A stretch of DNA of 64,000 bases from Spirochaetaceae bacterium (GTDB taxonomy: Bacteria; Spirochaetota; Spirochaetia; CADAEX01), in the NCBI GenBank assembly GCA_009780675.1, contig WQZP01000005.1:33082-97081 (forward strand), given 5' to 3'. A program made the position numbers and the translations under genes. Positions 53,628-62,816 of this stretch are shown in pieces. Numbering within the stretch: the first letter of the stretch is position 1; each line of letters begins with the position of its first letter. Under the pieces are notes generated by a model that saw nothing but the letters and a program-made list of their open reading frames with translations, had not been told where the DNA came from and did no database searches.

Positions 53628-55929
53628 TATTTCAATTTTAAAGATAAATAAAAAAGTGTTAAAAATTACTCTCCGAATTGCTGTTGTGGTGATGGGGGTG
53701 TTTGCGCTGGCCTGGCTTATCCTGCGGTTTTCCCCCTATCCGGAGTTGGAGGCTTTTATGGCCAGACCCAACAGTGTCCGTTACCTGGACCGCAACGGCA
53801 TTTTGCTGCAGGTAACTCCTCTGGCTGATGGACTGCGCCGGGAAATACCGGAACACATTCCCGGCCAAGTGAAGGAAGTTTTTATCTTTGCCGAAGACCG
53901 CCGTTTTTACCGCCATTTTGGTGTTGATGCTCTTGCTTTTTCTCGCGCTCTTTTCCAGAATCTCACACAGAGAATGGTGGTAAGCGGGGCATCTACCATA
54001 ACCATGCAGCTTGCCAGGCTTATTTCCATAGAGGCAACTCCTGCAAATACCAGCCGCAGAGGAGGGGAATTGCGGAGAAAGATAGGCGAGGCAGTAAACG
54101 CCATGCGCCTTGAAACAAGACTTTCAAAAGATGAAATACTTGAGTTATACCTTAATTCAGTCCCTTTTGGTTTTAACACAGAAGGGGTTGCTTCTGCTAG
54201 CCGGACTTTTTTTGCCTCTGAACTTTCCATGCTTTCTCCTGCCCAGATTTTTTGTCTGGCAGTTATTCCCAGGCGCCCAAGTCTCTACAATCCGCTGGAA
54301 AATCCCGGAGCGTGCGTATCTGCTGCTGCGGAACTGCATGCCAATTTTAGCAGAAGCAAGAGACGCTCTTCAGCCTGGCCGCTTTTGGCTGACATAACCA
54401 TATATGACTGGAAGTTTGCTGCTTCTTCTGCCCGCAGGTTTGCGTACCCATTTGAGCTGCCCCATCTTATCCGGCATATCAACGCTGGCCAGAGTGAACC
54501 GCGCAGCGAAATATACCTTTCCATTGATCTTGGCCTGCAGCATTTTCTTGAAGGCGCAGTTGCCGGAAGTGTGATCCGCCATCAAACAGCCAGGCTCACT
54601 AACGGCGCTGCTATTGTTATTGATAATGAAACAGGAGAAATTCTTGCCTGGGTAGGTAGTTATGATTTCAATAACGAAGAAGCTGCGGGGCAGGTTGACG
54701 GAGTGTTGGCGCTAAACCAGCCTGGCAGCAGTATGAAGCCACTTCTCTATGCTATGGCTCTTGAAAAAGGCTTTAAACCTAATGATGTTATTGCAGACAT
54801 TCAAATGAGTTTTGGCGTAAGTGAAGTTTACCTTCCTCGTAATTTCAACAACCGTTTTAATGGTCCAATGCTTTTTCGCACAAGCCTGGCTTCAAGCCTG
54901 AATATTCCGGCAGTGTATCTGCTCTACCGGCTTGGGGTAAGGAATTTTACCTATCAGCTTTTTTCCCTGGGTTTTGATTCTCTTGAACGTTCCGCAGATG
55001 AGGTGGGTTTGGGTCTTGCGCTTGGTAACGCTCCGGTAAGTCTCAAGGAGCTTGTCAGGTCTTTTAGTGTTTTTCCAAGGGACGGTGTTTACATACCACT
55101 GACGTGGGAATTGAATGGCAGAACGCAGCAGAATAGCATAATAGAGCAGCGGATTTTTTCTGCAGACACCTCCAGGCTCATCTGCTCAATTTTGTCTGAT
55201 CCAGATGCCAGAGTGCTGGCTTTTGGTCCAGCTACGAGTTTCAGAACACCGTTTCCGTCAATATTTAAAACCGGCACTGCTAATCAGTTTCAAAGTATTG
55301 TTGCGCTTGGGGCTACTACAAAATACAGCGTCGGAGTGTGGATGGGTAACTTTACCGGCGAAACAGTTATAGGCAGGACAGGCAGTTCTGTCCCGGCTGC
55401 CACTGTTCGGGATACTCTGGTTTTTTTGCATGGCAGGGGGAGTGCGCAGGAGTTCCCGACTCCTGAAAACTGGCAACCGCAAAGGATATGCGCTCTTTCG
55501 GGGATGATGCCCACGCATGTCTGCCCTGCGACCATCAATGAATACATTCAAACAGGAGAGGAAAATAGGCCTTGCACCTGGCATCAGATGGTAGATGGCC
55601 GCTTTGAAGTAGTATTCCCTGCTGAATATCAGGCATGGTTTAATACTGCAGTGAGACAGGGTTCTATTGACTTCAGTTCCCGGCCACTGGAAATTACGAA
55701 TCCTCGTGATGGTTTTGTCTATTTGAGCAGCTCAGGCATAGGCAGGAACGAAATCCCGGTAGAGGTTATAGGCGGCACTGAAGATGAATTACATGTAACT
55801 TTTAATGGCCGGAGTTTCAGCATCACTCGACCCTTTGTTTTTTTTCTTGAGCGCAGCCCTGGCTTTCATACTCTGCACGTTCAAAGTGGATATGAGGAAA
55901 GAGTGGTTACATTTACAGTTCAACCCTGA
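53620..55929 (+). CDS. pbpC: Penicillin-binding protein 1C
   Basis: EDRRFYRHFGVD, GASTITMQLAR, GSSMKP (SxxK), SLN, KTGT; downstream of alpha-2-macroglobulin. Confidence 0.92.
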   Translation: MNNISILKINKKVLKITLRIAVVVMGVFALAWLILRFSPYPELEAFMARPNSVRYLDRNGILLQVTPLADGLRREIPEHIPGQVKEVFIFAEDRRFYRHFGVDALAFSRALFQNLTQRMVVSGASTITMQLARLISIEATPANTSRRGGELRRKIGEAVNAMRLETRLSKDEILELYLNSVPFGFNTEGVASASRTFFASELSMLSPAQIFCLAVIPRRPSLYNPLENPGACVSAAAELHANFSRSKRRSSAWPLLADITIYDWKFAASSARRFAYPFELPHLIRHINAGQSEPRSEIYLSIDLGLQHFLEGAVAGSVIRHQTARLTNGAAIVIDNETGEILAWVGSYDFNNEEAAGQVDGVLALNQPGSSMKPLLYAMALEKGFKPNDVIADIQMSFGVSEVYLPRNFNNRFNGPMLFRTSLASSLNIPAVYLLYRLGVRNFTYQLFSLGFDSLERSADEVGLGLALGNAPVSLKELVRSFSVFPRDGVYIPLTWELNGRTQQNSIIEQRIFSADTSRLICSILSDPDARVLAFGPATSFRTPFPSIFKTGTANQFQSIVALGATTKYSVGVWMGNFTGETVIGRTGSSVPAATVRDTLVFLHGRGSAQEFPTPENWQPQRICALSGMMPTHVCPATINEYIQTGEENRPCTWHQMVDGRFEVVFPAEYQAWFNTAVRQGSIDFSSRPLEITNPRDGFVYLSSSGIGRNEIPVEVIGGTEDELHVTFNGRSFSITRPFVFFLERSPGFHTLHVQSGYEERVVTFTVQP

Positions 55930-56032
55930 ACATTCTTAGCCATAAGCCGTACTCTATTGAAGATGATTATTTGAGGAGAGGCTTGAGTATCTTGACGTTT
56001 TTGCATTAATTTAATATCTATATAATTAACAA

Positions 56033-56962
56033 ATGAATCGTGTAGGAAGCTTATTAATTAGTACTTGTGTAAAAGCGCTTGCTCAATCAATGCCTACAAA
56101 TGTTATGCTTGATTTAGTAAGAAAACTAATTCCAAACTATGATCTGCATGGCCGACTTGGTTTTCCAAGAAGTATGGCTATACCAAATAAAGATGCAGCT
56201 CGTCAAATTATAAAAGATACAGTAAAAAATGACTGTTTTATTGATTTTGTTTTACTCATGGTAGATGCCGGAAATAATGGTGTTATGGGACGAAGATACT
56301 CTATCCCATATATGAACCAAATTATTTTAGGTGTCTTTGATTTAGGTTATATTTATGATGGAGTAAACAATATATTTGTTGAAAATCCTAAAAATAGACT
56401 AAGTAGAAATTGGGGAACTTTAAAAACAGGAAAAGACTATGGTTTTGCTTTTATGCGGCTTGATATAGCAGGCAATTCTAAAATGGTAAGGGAAAATTCT
56501 GAAAAAGATGTTCATAAGGCTTATAAATATCTTAGGGAAGTTACAACCAGAGCTGTTCTAAAAAGAAATGGTCGTTTATGGAGTTGGGATGGTGATGGAG
56601 GACTTGCTTCATTCTTTTTTGGTAATAAACAGCAGAGCGCAGTAATAGCTGGAAAAGAGATTTTGCATGAACTATTTTTTTATAATTACCTGAATTGCCC
56701 TTTAAAAACACATTTAAAAGTAAGAATTGCTGTTCATTCCGGCACATTTGAATATTCCCCTTATGAAGAAGATTTAAAGGCTTGTGATGCTGTAAAAAAA
56801 GTAATGGAAATAGAGTCTTATTTTACGAAGCCAGGAACAATGACAATCAGCCAGCCTGTTAAATTTATGCTCGATAATATTGCAAGAACCGGTATAAAGC
56901 TATTGCAGGGGAAAGGGGCTACTGAATATCATAACTATGAACTTATACTGGAAAGCAAGTGA
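56033..56962 (+). CDS. Class III nucleotide cyclase-like protein (metal-binding half) with N-terminal helical domain
   Basis: RLDIAGNS, WDGDGG, RIAVHSG motifs. Confidence 0.75.
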   Translation: MNRVGSLLISTCVKALAQSMPTNVMLDLVRKLIPNYDLHGRLGFPRSMAIPNKDAARQIIKDTVKNDCFIDFVLLMVDAGNNGVMGRRYSIPYMNQIILGVFDLGYIYDGVNNIFVENPKNRLSRNWGTLKTGKDYGFAFMRLDIAGNSKMVRENSEKDVHKAYKYLREVTTRAVLKRNGRLWSWDGDGGLASFFFGNKQQSAVIAGKEILHELFFYNYLNCPLKTHLKVRIAVHSGTFEYSPYEEDLKACDAVKKVMEIESYFTKPGTMTISQPVKFMLDNIARTGIKLLQGKGATEYHNYELILESK

Positions 56963-57984
56963 AAATATTAATTATCAGTAATCAAAAGAAAGTAGAAGAA
57001 AGTTTTTATCCTCTTAAAAAGTCTGGTTATGAGATTGAAAAATCCTGCAAAGAAAATTATAAAAAATATGTGAAAAATTTATCAGGACCTGTTATTGTAT
57101 ATTTTGATATTTATCAAAATAGTGAAAAAGAATATTGGGAACATATTAAATCACTTTTAAAACAACAAATTATTTTTCTTGGAATTATTGACTCAAAATC
57201 TGTTGCTCCAGATCCAGCAGCTTTTTTTCATGCAGGAATTTCTGATTACATAGGAAACAAACAACTTCTGGAAGGAATTACTAAAAAACGGATAAAAGAT
57301 ATTTTTGCTTTAAAAGAAAAAGTAAATTTTTTGCCCCACAATATGACAGAGACTGAAAATAAAAATGAAAAATCTCAAAAATTATTGCCTGTTTTAGCTA
57401 AAAAAGAATTTTCTGCAAAATTAGTTCCAAATGGAGAATGGAAAAAAATTAAAAATGGTGAAGAATATGTTTTTTATTTTCTTTATGCAGAAATAGATTT
57501 GGCTGCTGATTGGAAAAGAAAAACAGGCCAATCTATTTTACAAAAAGTTAAAGAAGTTTTTCATAATTATATAGAACAGCATATAAAACCAATAAATGGT
57601 AAAATATGGATGTGGAATGAATTTGGCGGTCTTATTTTATTTCCATATACAAAAAATGACCATGATGTGGCAATAACAGCATCTAAACTTATAGTGAATG
57701 CGCCTATAGCCAGTTGTGAAGATTTTCCTTTTAAAATGGAGATATCCTACAGACTTGCTCTTCATGTAGGAGAAACAGTATATAAAGAACGTGGCAATAC
57801 CGGAACCATTGTTTCCGACACAATAAATTTTACTTTTCATTTGGGACAGAAATTCGCGAAACCTGATAATTTTTATATAACCGAAGAAGTATATAACAGG
57901 ATACATCCTGGTCTAAAAGAACTATTTTTGTCAGAAGGGGTGTTTGAAAACAGGAACATCCTAAGATTAAGAAAATTTGTTTAA
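56959..57984 (+). CDS. Receiver-like domain + degenerate class III nucleotide cyclase domain
   Basis: MKILII..VYFD..AGISDYIGNK REC pattern; RLALHVG, SDTINFTFHL, FYITEEVY. Confidence 0.7.
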   Translation: MKILIISNQKKVEESFYPLKKSGYEIEKSCKENYKKYVKNLSGPVIVYFDIYQNSEKEYWEHIKSLLKQQIIFLGIIDSKSVAPDPAAFFHAGISDYIGNKQLLEGITKKRIKDIFALKEKVNFLPHNMTETENKNEKSQKLLPVLAKKEFSAKLVPNGEWKKIKNGEEYVFYFLYAEIDLAADWKRKTGQSILQKVKEVFHNYIEQHIKPINGKIWMWNEFGGLILFPYTKNDHDVAITASKLIVNAPIASCEDFPFKMEISYRLALHVGETVYKERGNTGTIVSDTINFTFHLGQKFAKPDNFYITEEVYNRIHPGLKELFLSEGVFENRNILRLRKFV

Positions 57985-58059
57985 CCACTAATTCAAAGTA
58001 ATAAATATTAAAAAAATATTATTTTCTACTTCTCATTATTTAAATAATATGATAGCTTT

Positions 58060-58097
58060 TGTGTATTAAAATACAGTTTTGTGCATAAAAATACACG
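58060..58097. promoter_or_regulatory. Tandem ARG boxes (ArgR operator) upstream of carB
   Basis: TGTGTATTAAAATACAGT and TGTGCATAAAAATACACG, 2 bp apart, fit WNTGNATWWWWATNCANW. Confidence 0.75.
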
Positions 58098-58122
58098 GGA
58101 TTATCTTAAACGAGGGGAAAAG

Positions 58123-61100
58123 ATGAAGCAAGAAGATATAAAAAAAATATTAATAATAGGTTCAGGGCCAATAGTAATTGGACAAGCATGCGAATTCGAT
58201 TATTCAGGGACTCAGGCATGTAAAGCTCTAAGGGAACATGGGTATCAGATTGTTCTTGTTAATTCAAATCCTGCAACGATTATGACAGATCCTGTAATGG
58301 CAGATGCAACATATATTGAACCACTAAACCTTGAAAGGTTAACACAAATCATAGAAAAAGAGAGACCAGATGCACTATTGCCAAACCTTGGAGGCCAAAC
58401 AGGGCTTAATCTTGCTTCTCAGCTTAGTAATGCAAAAGTACTTGAAAAATATAATGTAAAAGTAATTGGAGTAAATCTTGAGGCAATTAAAAAAGGGGAA
58501 GACAGAGAAATATTTAAGCAACTAATGCAGGAACTGGGCATAGAGACAGCTAATTCTGATATTGCATATTCAGTTGCAGAAGCTGAAAATATAGCAGAAA
58601 AGCTTTCATATCCAGTAGTTGTAAGACCTGCATATACAATGGGCGGCGCTGGCGGAGGTCTTGTTTATAATGTCGAAGAACTGCGCGCAATTGTTAGCAG
58701 GGGACTTGAACTTTCTTTAACTAACCAATGTCTCATTGAAGAATCAATCCTTGGTTGGGAAGAGCTTGAAGTTGAGGTTGTACGTGACAGCAAAAATATG
58801 ATATCTGTATGTTTTATTGAAAATATTGATGCAGTTGGTGTGCACACCGGAGATTCTTGCTGTATAGTTCCAATGTTAACAATTGATAAAAAAACAGAAG
58901 AAAGGCTTAAACAACTTGCATTTCAAGTTGTTGAAACTATTGGAGTTATAGGCGGAACAAATGTCCAGTTTGCCCATGACCCAAAGACAGGACGTATTGT
59001 AATTATTGAAATCAACCCGAGAACTTCCCGCTCTTCTGCATTAGCATCAAAAGCTACAGGATTTCCAATAGCTTTGATTTCTGCAAAACTTGCAACCGGA
59101 ATGACAATGGATGAGATCCCATATTGGCGGGATGGAACTCTTGAGAAATATACACCTTCCGGAGATTATGTTGTTATAAAATTTCCGCGCTGGGCTTTTG
59201 AAAAATTTCGAGGGGTTCAGGATTCGCTTGGAACACAAATGAAAGCAGTTGGCGAAGTTATGGCAATTGGCAAGACTTTTAAAGAAACTTTTCAAAAAGC
59301 AATTCGGGGTCTTGAAAATGGCAGACATGGTCTTGGCTTTGCAAAAGATTTTAACAGAAAATCTCTAAGTGAATTAATGGAAATGCTTATGCGCCCTACA
59401 AGCGAGCGCTTCTTTATTTTATATGAAGCTATCAGAAAAGGGGCAAATATTAAAAAGCTTTTTGAACTTACATATATTAAAGAATATTATCTTAATTTAA
59501 TAAAAGAGCTTGTAGAGCTTGAAGAAGAGATGTTAAAAAAACCAGGCCAACTACCATCTAATGAACTTTTGACAAAAGCAAAAAAAGATGGATTTTCCGA
59601 TAAATATATTGCAAAGATACTTGGCATAAGAGAAAAAGATGTTAGAAAACGCCGCACAGAACTTGGTTTGGTTGAAGGGTGGCACACTGTCCCTGTTTCC
59701 GGCAAGACAGGTGCATATTATTATTACTCTACATATAATGCGCCAGATATATCCAAGGCAACTTCAAATAACAAAAAAATAATGATCCTTGGCGGAGGCC
59801 CCAACAGAATAGGGCAGGGAATAGAATTTGATTATTGCTGTGTGCATGCTGCTTTTGCGCTCCGCGAACTGGGCTATGAAACAATAATGGTCAACTGTAA
59901 TCCTTCTACAGTTTCAACAGATTACGATACAAGCGATAAGCTTTATTTTGAGCCAGTAACGCTCGAAGATGTTTTGCAGATTTATGAAAAAGAAAAACCT
60001 TTAGGCGTTATTGTACAGTTTGGAGGTCAAACTCCGCTTAATATTGCACGAGAGCTTGCAGATGAAGGGGTAAAAATTCTTGGAACAAGCATTAATAGTA
60101 TTGATGTTGCCGAAGACCGCGATCTTTTTAGAAAAATGATGGAGCAACTTGAAATACCAATGCCCGAAGCAGGGATGGCATCTGATATTGATGAAGCAAT
60201 TAAGGTTACAAATAATATAGGATATCCAATAATGATACGCCCTTCTTTTGTTCTTGGTGGTCGTGGGATGGAAGTTATATATGATGAAAATATGTTAAAG
60301 GAATATGTTGCAAAAGCAGTAGGGGTTACTCCGGATCGCCCGCTTTTGCTCGACCGTTTTCTTCGCAATGCTTTTGAATGTGAAGCAGATGCATTGGCAG
60401 ATGGAAATGAAGTATATATCCCATCTGTTATGGAACATATTGAACTTGCAGGTGTCCACTCAGGAGATTCCGCATGTGTGATCCCTCCTGTTTCAATAAC
60501 GCAGGAAAATCTTAAAAAAATCAAGGAATATACTACAAAAATCGCAAAAGCTCTTAATGTATGCGGACTTATGAATATGCAATATGCAATTGAAAATGAT
60601 AAAGTCTATGTTCTTGAAGCAAATCCAAGAGCAAGCCGCACAGTTCCTATTGTCTCTAAAGTGTGCGATATCCAAATGGCAAAATATGCTACACGACTTA
60701 TGCTTGGAGAAAAACTTTCAGATTTAAAATTATGTGAAAAGAAATTTTCCCATTATGGAGCAAAAGAATCAGTTTTCCCATTTGATAAATTTCCGGAAGT
60801 TGATCCTATACTTGGTCCAGAAATGCGCTCTACAGGAGAGGTTCTTGGACTTTCAGACAGCTTTGCTCTTGCTTTCTATAAATCTCAGGAAGCTGCAGGG
60901 ACCTTTTTGCCCTCCAAGTTGGATCCATCCGAAGGCGCTGGAAAAGTGCTTATAAGTCTTTCTGATAAAGACTCTTTCCATGCTGAATCAATAATAAATA
61001 TTGGAAAATTGTTTATTGAACTTGGATTTACAATATTGGCAACAGAAGGGACAGCCGGATTTTTCAGAAACGGAGGAGTTCAATGCGAAGTAATTGCAAA

Positions 61101-61362
61101 AGTGCGTGAAGGAAAAAGGCCTAATGTTGTAGATGTAATTGTCAATCGCCAGGTAGCTTTGGTCATTAACACCCCAAGTTCTAAAATTGGTTCTATAGAA
61201 GATGAAGCTGTTGTTCGTAAGGCTGCCATAAAGTATAAAATACCATATGTTACTACGCTGGCTGCTGCAACAGCCGCTGCCCAGGGAATAGCTGCTGCAA
61301 GAAGCAATAAAGGTAATGAAAAATCTTTGCAAGAATACCATAAAGAAATAAGAGATGTTTAA
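58123..61362 (+). CDS. carB: Carbamoyl-phosphate synthase large subunit
   Basis: GSGPIVIGQACEFDYSG, EINPRTSRSS, GGGPNRIGQGIEFDYC, MGS domain; GAGGGG RBS. Confidence 0.98.
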   Translation: MKQEDIKKILIIGSGPIVIGQACEFDYSGTQACKALREHGYQIVLVNSNPATIMTDPVMADATYIEPLNLERLTQIIEKERPDALLPNLGGQTGLNLASQLSNAKVLEKYNVKVIGVNLEAIKKGEDREIFKQLMQELGIETANSDIAYSVAEAENIAEKLSYPVVVRPAYTMGGAGGGLVYNVEELRAIVSRGLELSLTNQCLIEESILGWEELEVEVVRDSKNMISVCFIENIDAVGVHTGDSCCIVPMLTIDKKTEERLKQLAFQVVETIGVIGGTNVQFAHDPKTGRIVIIEINPRTSRSSALASKATGFPIALISAKLATGMTMDEIPYWRDGTLEKYTPSGDYVVIKFPRWAFEKFRGVQDSLGTQMKAVGEVMAIGKTFKETFQKAIRGLENGRHGLGFAKDFNRKSLSELMEMLMRPTSERFFILYEAIRKGANIKKLFELTYIKEYYLNLIKELVELEEEMLKKPGQLPSNELLTKAKKDGFSDKYIAKILGIREKDVRKRRTELGLVEGWHTVPVSGKTGAYYYYSTYNAPDISKATSNNKKIMILGGGPNRIGQGIEFDYCCVHAAFALRELGYETIMVNCNPSTVSTDYDTSDKLYFEPVTLEDVLQIYEKEKPLGVIVQFGGQTPLNIARELADEGVKILGTSINSIDVAEDRDLFRKMMEQLEIPMPEAGMASDIDEAIKVTNNIGYPIMIRPSFVLGGRGMEVIYDENMLKEYVAKAVGVTPDRPLLLDRFLRNAFECEADALADGNEVYIPSVMEHIELAGVHSGDSACVIPPVSITQENLKKIKEYTTKIAKALNVCGLMNMQYAIENDKVYVLEANPRASRTVPIVSKVCDIQMAKYATRLMLGEKLSDLKLCEKKFSHYGAKESVFPFDKFPEVDPILGPEMRSTGEVLGLSDSFALAFYKSQEAAGTFLPSKLDPSEGAGKVLISLSDKDSFHAESIINIGKLFIELGFTILATEGTAGFFRNGGVQCEVIAKVREGKRPNVVDVIVNRQVALVINTPSSKIGSIEDEAVVRKAAIKYKIPYVTTLAAATAAAQGIAAARSNKGNEKSLQEYHKEIRDV

Positions 61363-61455
61363 ATTATCATTATATGACTTTTGATTTTTTACTATAAATG
61401 CGCATTGTTTTTTGCTGAAAATTTATTGAAACCATAAATTAGATTGCCTATGCGC

Positions 61456-61483
61456 TATAGTTTCATACATTTTTTTCCGATTT
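61456..61483 (+). promoter_or_regulatory. Putative sigma28 (FliA) promoter
   Basis: TATA-16 nt-TCCGATTT, resembles spirochaete TAAA-N16-(G/T)CCGAT. Confidence 0.4.
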
Positions 61484-61617
61484 ATATATATAGCCAGATT
61501 TCGCGTTTTTTGCTGCATAGATATATAGCAGCAAAGATATATCTATGTAAATCAATGGAAAACCAGAAATCCGGTCTTAAAACTAAAAATATATATTAAA
61601 TTTATAAGGGTACATAA

Positions 61618-62358
61618 TTGCAAAAAATTATTTTTGCTTTTGCTTTTATTTTAATTTTGAATAATGTGATTATTGCACGAGAGCAGACTCATTTGGTGCA
61701 AAGAGGTGAGACTCTTTATAGCATATCAAGAATGTATAATATTTCACTGGATAAAATACTTGTTGCCAACAGAATCGAAGACCCCACAAGAATAAGAGCA
61801 GGTCTTAACCTCATAATACCCTCTAATGTAACACGGAAAGAGTATACAGTTCAAAGAGGAGATACCTTATATGCTATTGCCAGAAATCATAGTATAAGTG
61901 TTAATTCTCTGCTTGAAGAAAATAATTTTAACAGAGAAACAGTTATAAGGATTGGCCAAGTAATAAGAATCCCAATGCAGGGAAGCCAGAATATACAAGT
62001 TCCAAATCGACATCATTGGCCTGTAGTAGGAGAAATGCAAAGGTTATCCGGCAAGCTTCAAGGCTCCAGAATTTTAGCTAATTATGGAGATACTGTTTAC
62101 TCTGTTTCATCTGGCAGAGTTGTATGGGAAGGGCCATATAGAGGGTTTGGAAGAGTAATTTTTATTGAATCAGTTGCTGGTTATATTTATGTTTATGGCG
62201 GTAATGATACAACAAATGTCAGGGTAGGGGATTTAGTACGACCAGGAACAGTGCTGGGCAGAATAGGCTTAAGTGTGTTTGAGAACAGGCCAACTATGTT
62301 TTTTGCAGTATATAAAGATGGTAAGCCTGTTGATGTTGAAAAGGCGCCTAGGTTATAG
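61618..62358 (+). CDS. 2x LysM + degenerate M23 domain protein (NlpD/EnvC-like)
   Basis: Signal peptide, VQRGETLYSISR and VQRGDTLYAIAR LysMs, WPVVG, GFGRVIFI; Zn ligands absent. Confidence 0.85.
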   Translation: MQKIIFAFAFILILNNVIIAREQTHLVQRGETLYSISRMYNISLDKILVANRIEDPTRIRAGLNLIIPSNVTRKEYTVQRGDTLYAIARNHSISVNSLLEENNFNRETVIRIGQVIRIPMQGSQNIQVPNRHHWPVVGEMQRLSGKLQGSRILANYGDTVYSVSSGRVVWEGPYRGFGRVIFIESVAGYIYVYGGNDTTNVRVGDLVRPGTVLGRIGLSVFENRPTMFFAVYKDGKPVDVEKAPRL

Positions 62359-62369
62359 TTTGCAATTAT

Positions 62370-62400
62370 TTAGGGTAATTTGCTTTAGAAATTACCCTAA
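62370..62400. terminator. Bidirectional terminator hairpin
   Basis: Perfect 12-bp inverted repeat TTAGGGTAATTT/AAATTACCCTAA between convergent stops. Confidence 0.8.
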
Positions 62401-62402
62401 TT

Positions 62403-62801
62403 TTACTTATCAGATTTTCCGAACAATTTTTTAAATATCCCTATTATAAATTCAAAAAATCTCTGAAAAATATTTTTCCTTTTTAATTTCGCAAGCTTTT
62501 TATATGCTTCAATAATATCATCTTCTGTAAAATCTTTTCTTTGTATATTTTCTTCAATTTCAATTTCCAGAAGATCAACTTTGCTTTTAACATCTAAAAT
62601 AGTTGCATCTATAGTTTGCCAACCAAGACTTTTTGCAGCTTCAAGCCGCCTATATCCAGCTATAAGCTGCAGCTTTGAAGTTAAAACTATGGGATGTAAT
62701 TGCCCAAATTTAGTCATGCTTTCTGCCAGAGATTCAAGGTCTCCAACATCTTTTCTAATACGGTTTTTTATAACAATAACATCTTCAATTTTTATTTTCA
62801 T
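62403..62801 (-). CDS. Minimal ParB N-terminal (CTPase-like) domain protein
   Basis: LAESM..FGQLHPI, LIAGYRRLEA, EENIQRKD; no HTH. Confidence 0.88.
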   Translation of the reverse strand: MKIKIEDVIVIKNRIRKDVGDLESLAESMTKFGQLHPIVLTSKLQLIAGYRRLEAAKSLGWQTIDATILDVKSKVDLLEIEIEENIQRKDFTEDDIIEAYKKLAKLKRKNIFQRFFEFIIGIFKKLFGKSDK

Positions 62802-62816
62802 AAATAATCCTCCCGG

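Noticed and set aside
47859-55584. Many 60-200 aa antisense ORFs in the A2M/pbpC region
   Set aside because: Expected from higher GC and fewer stops; no motifs
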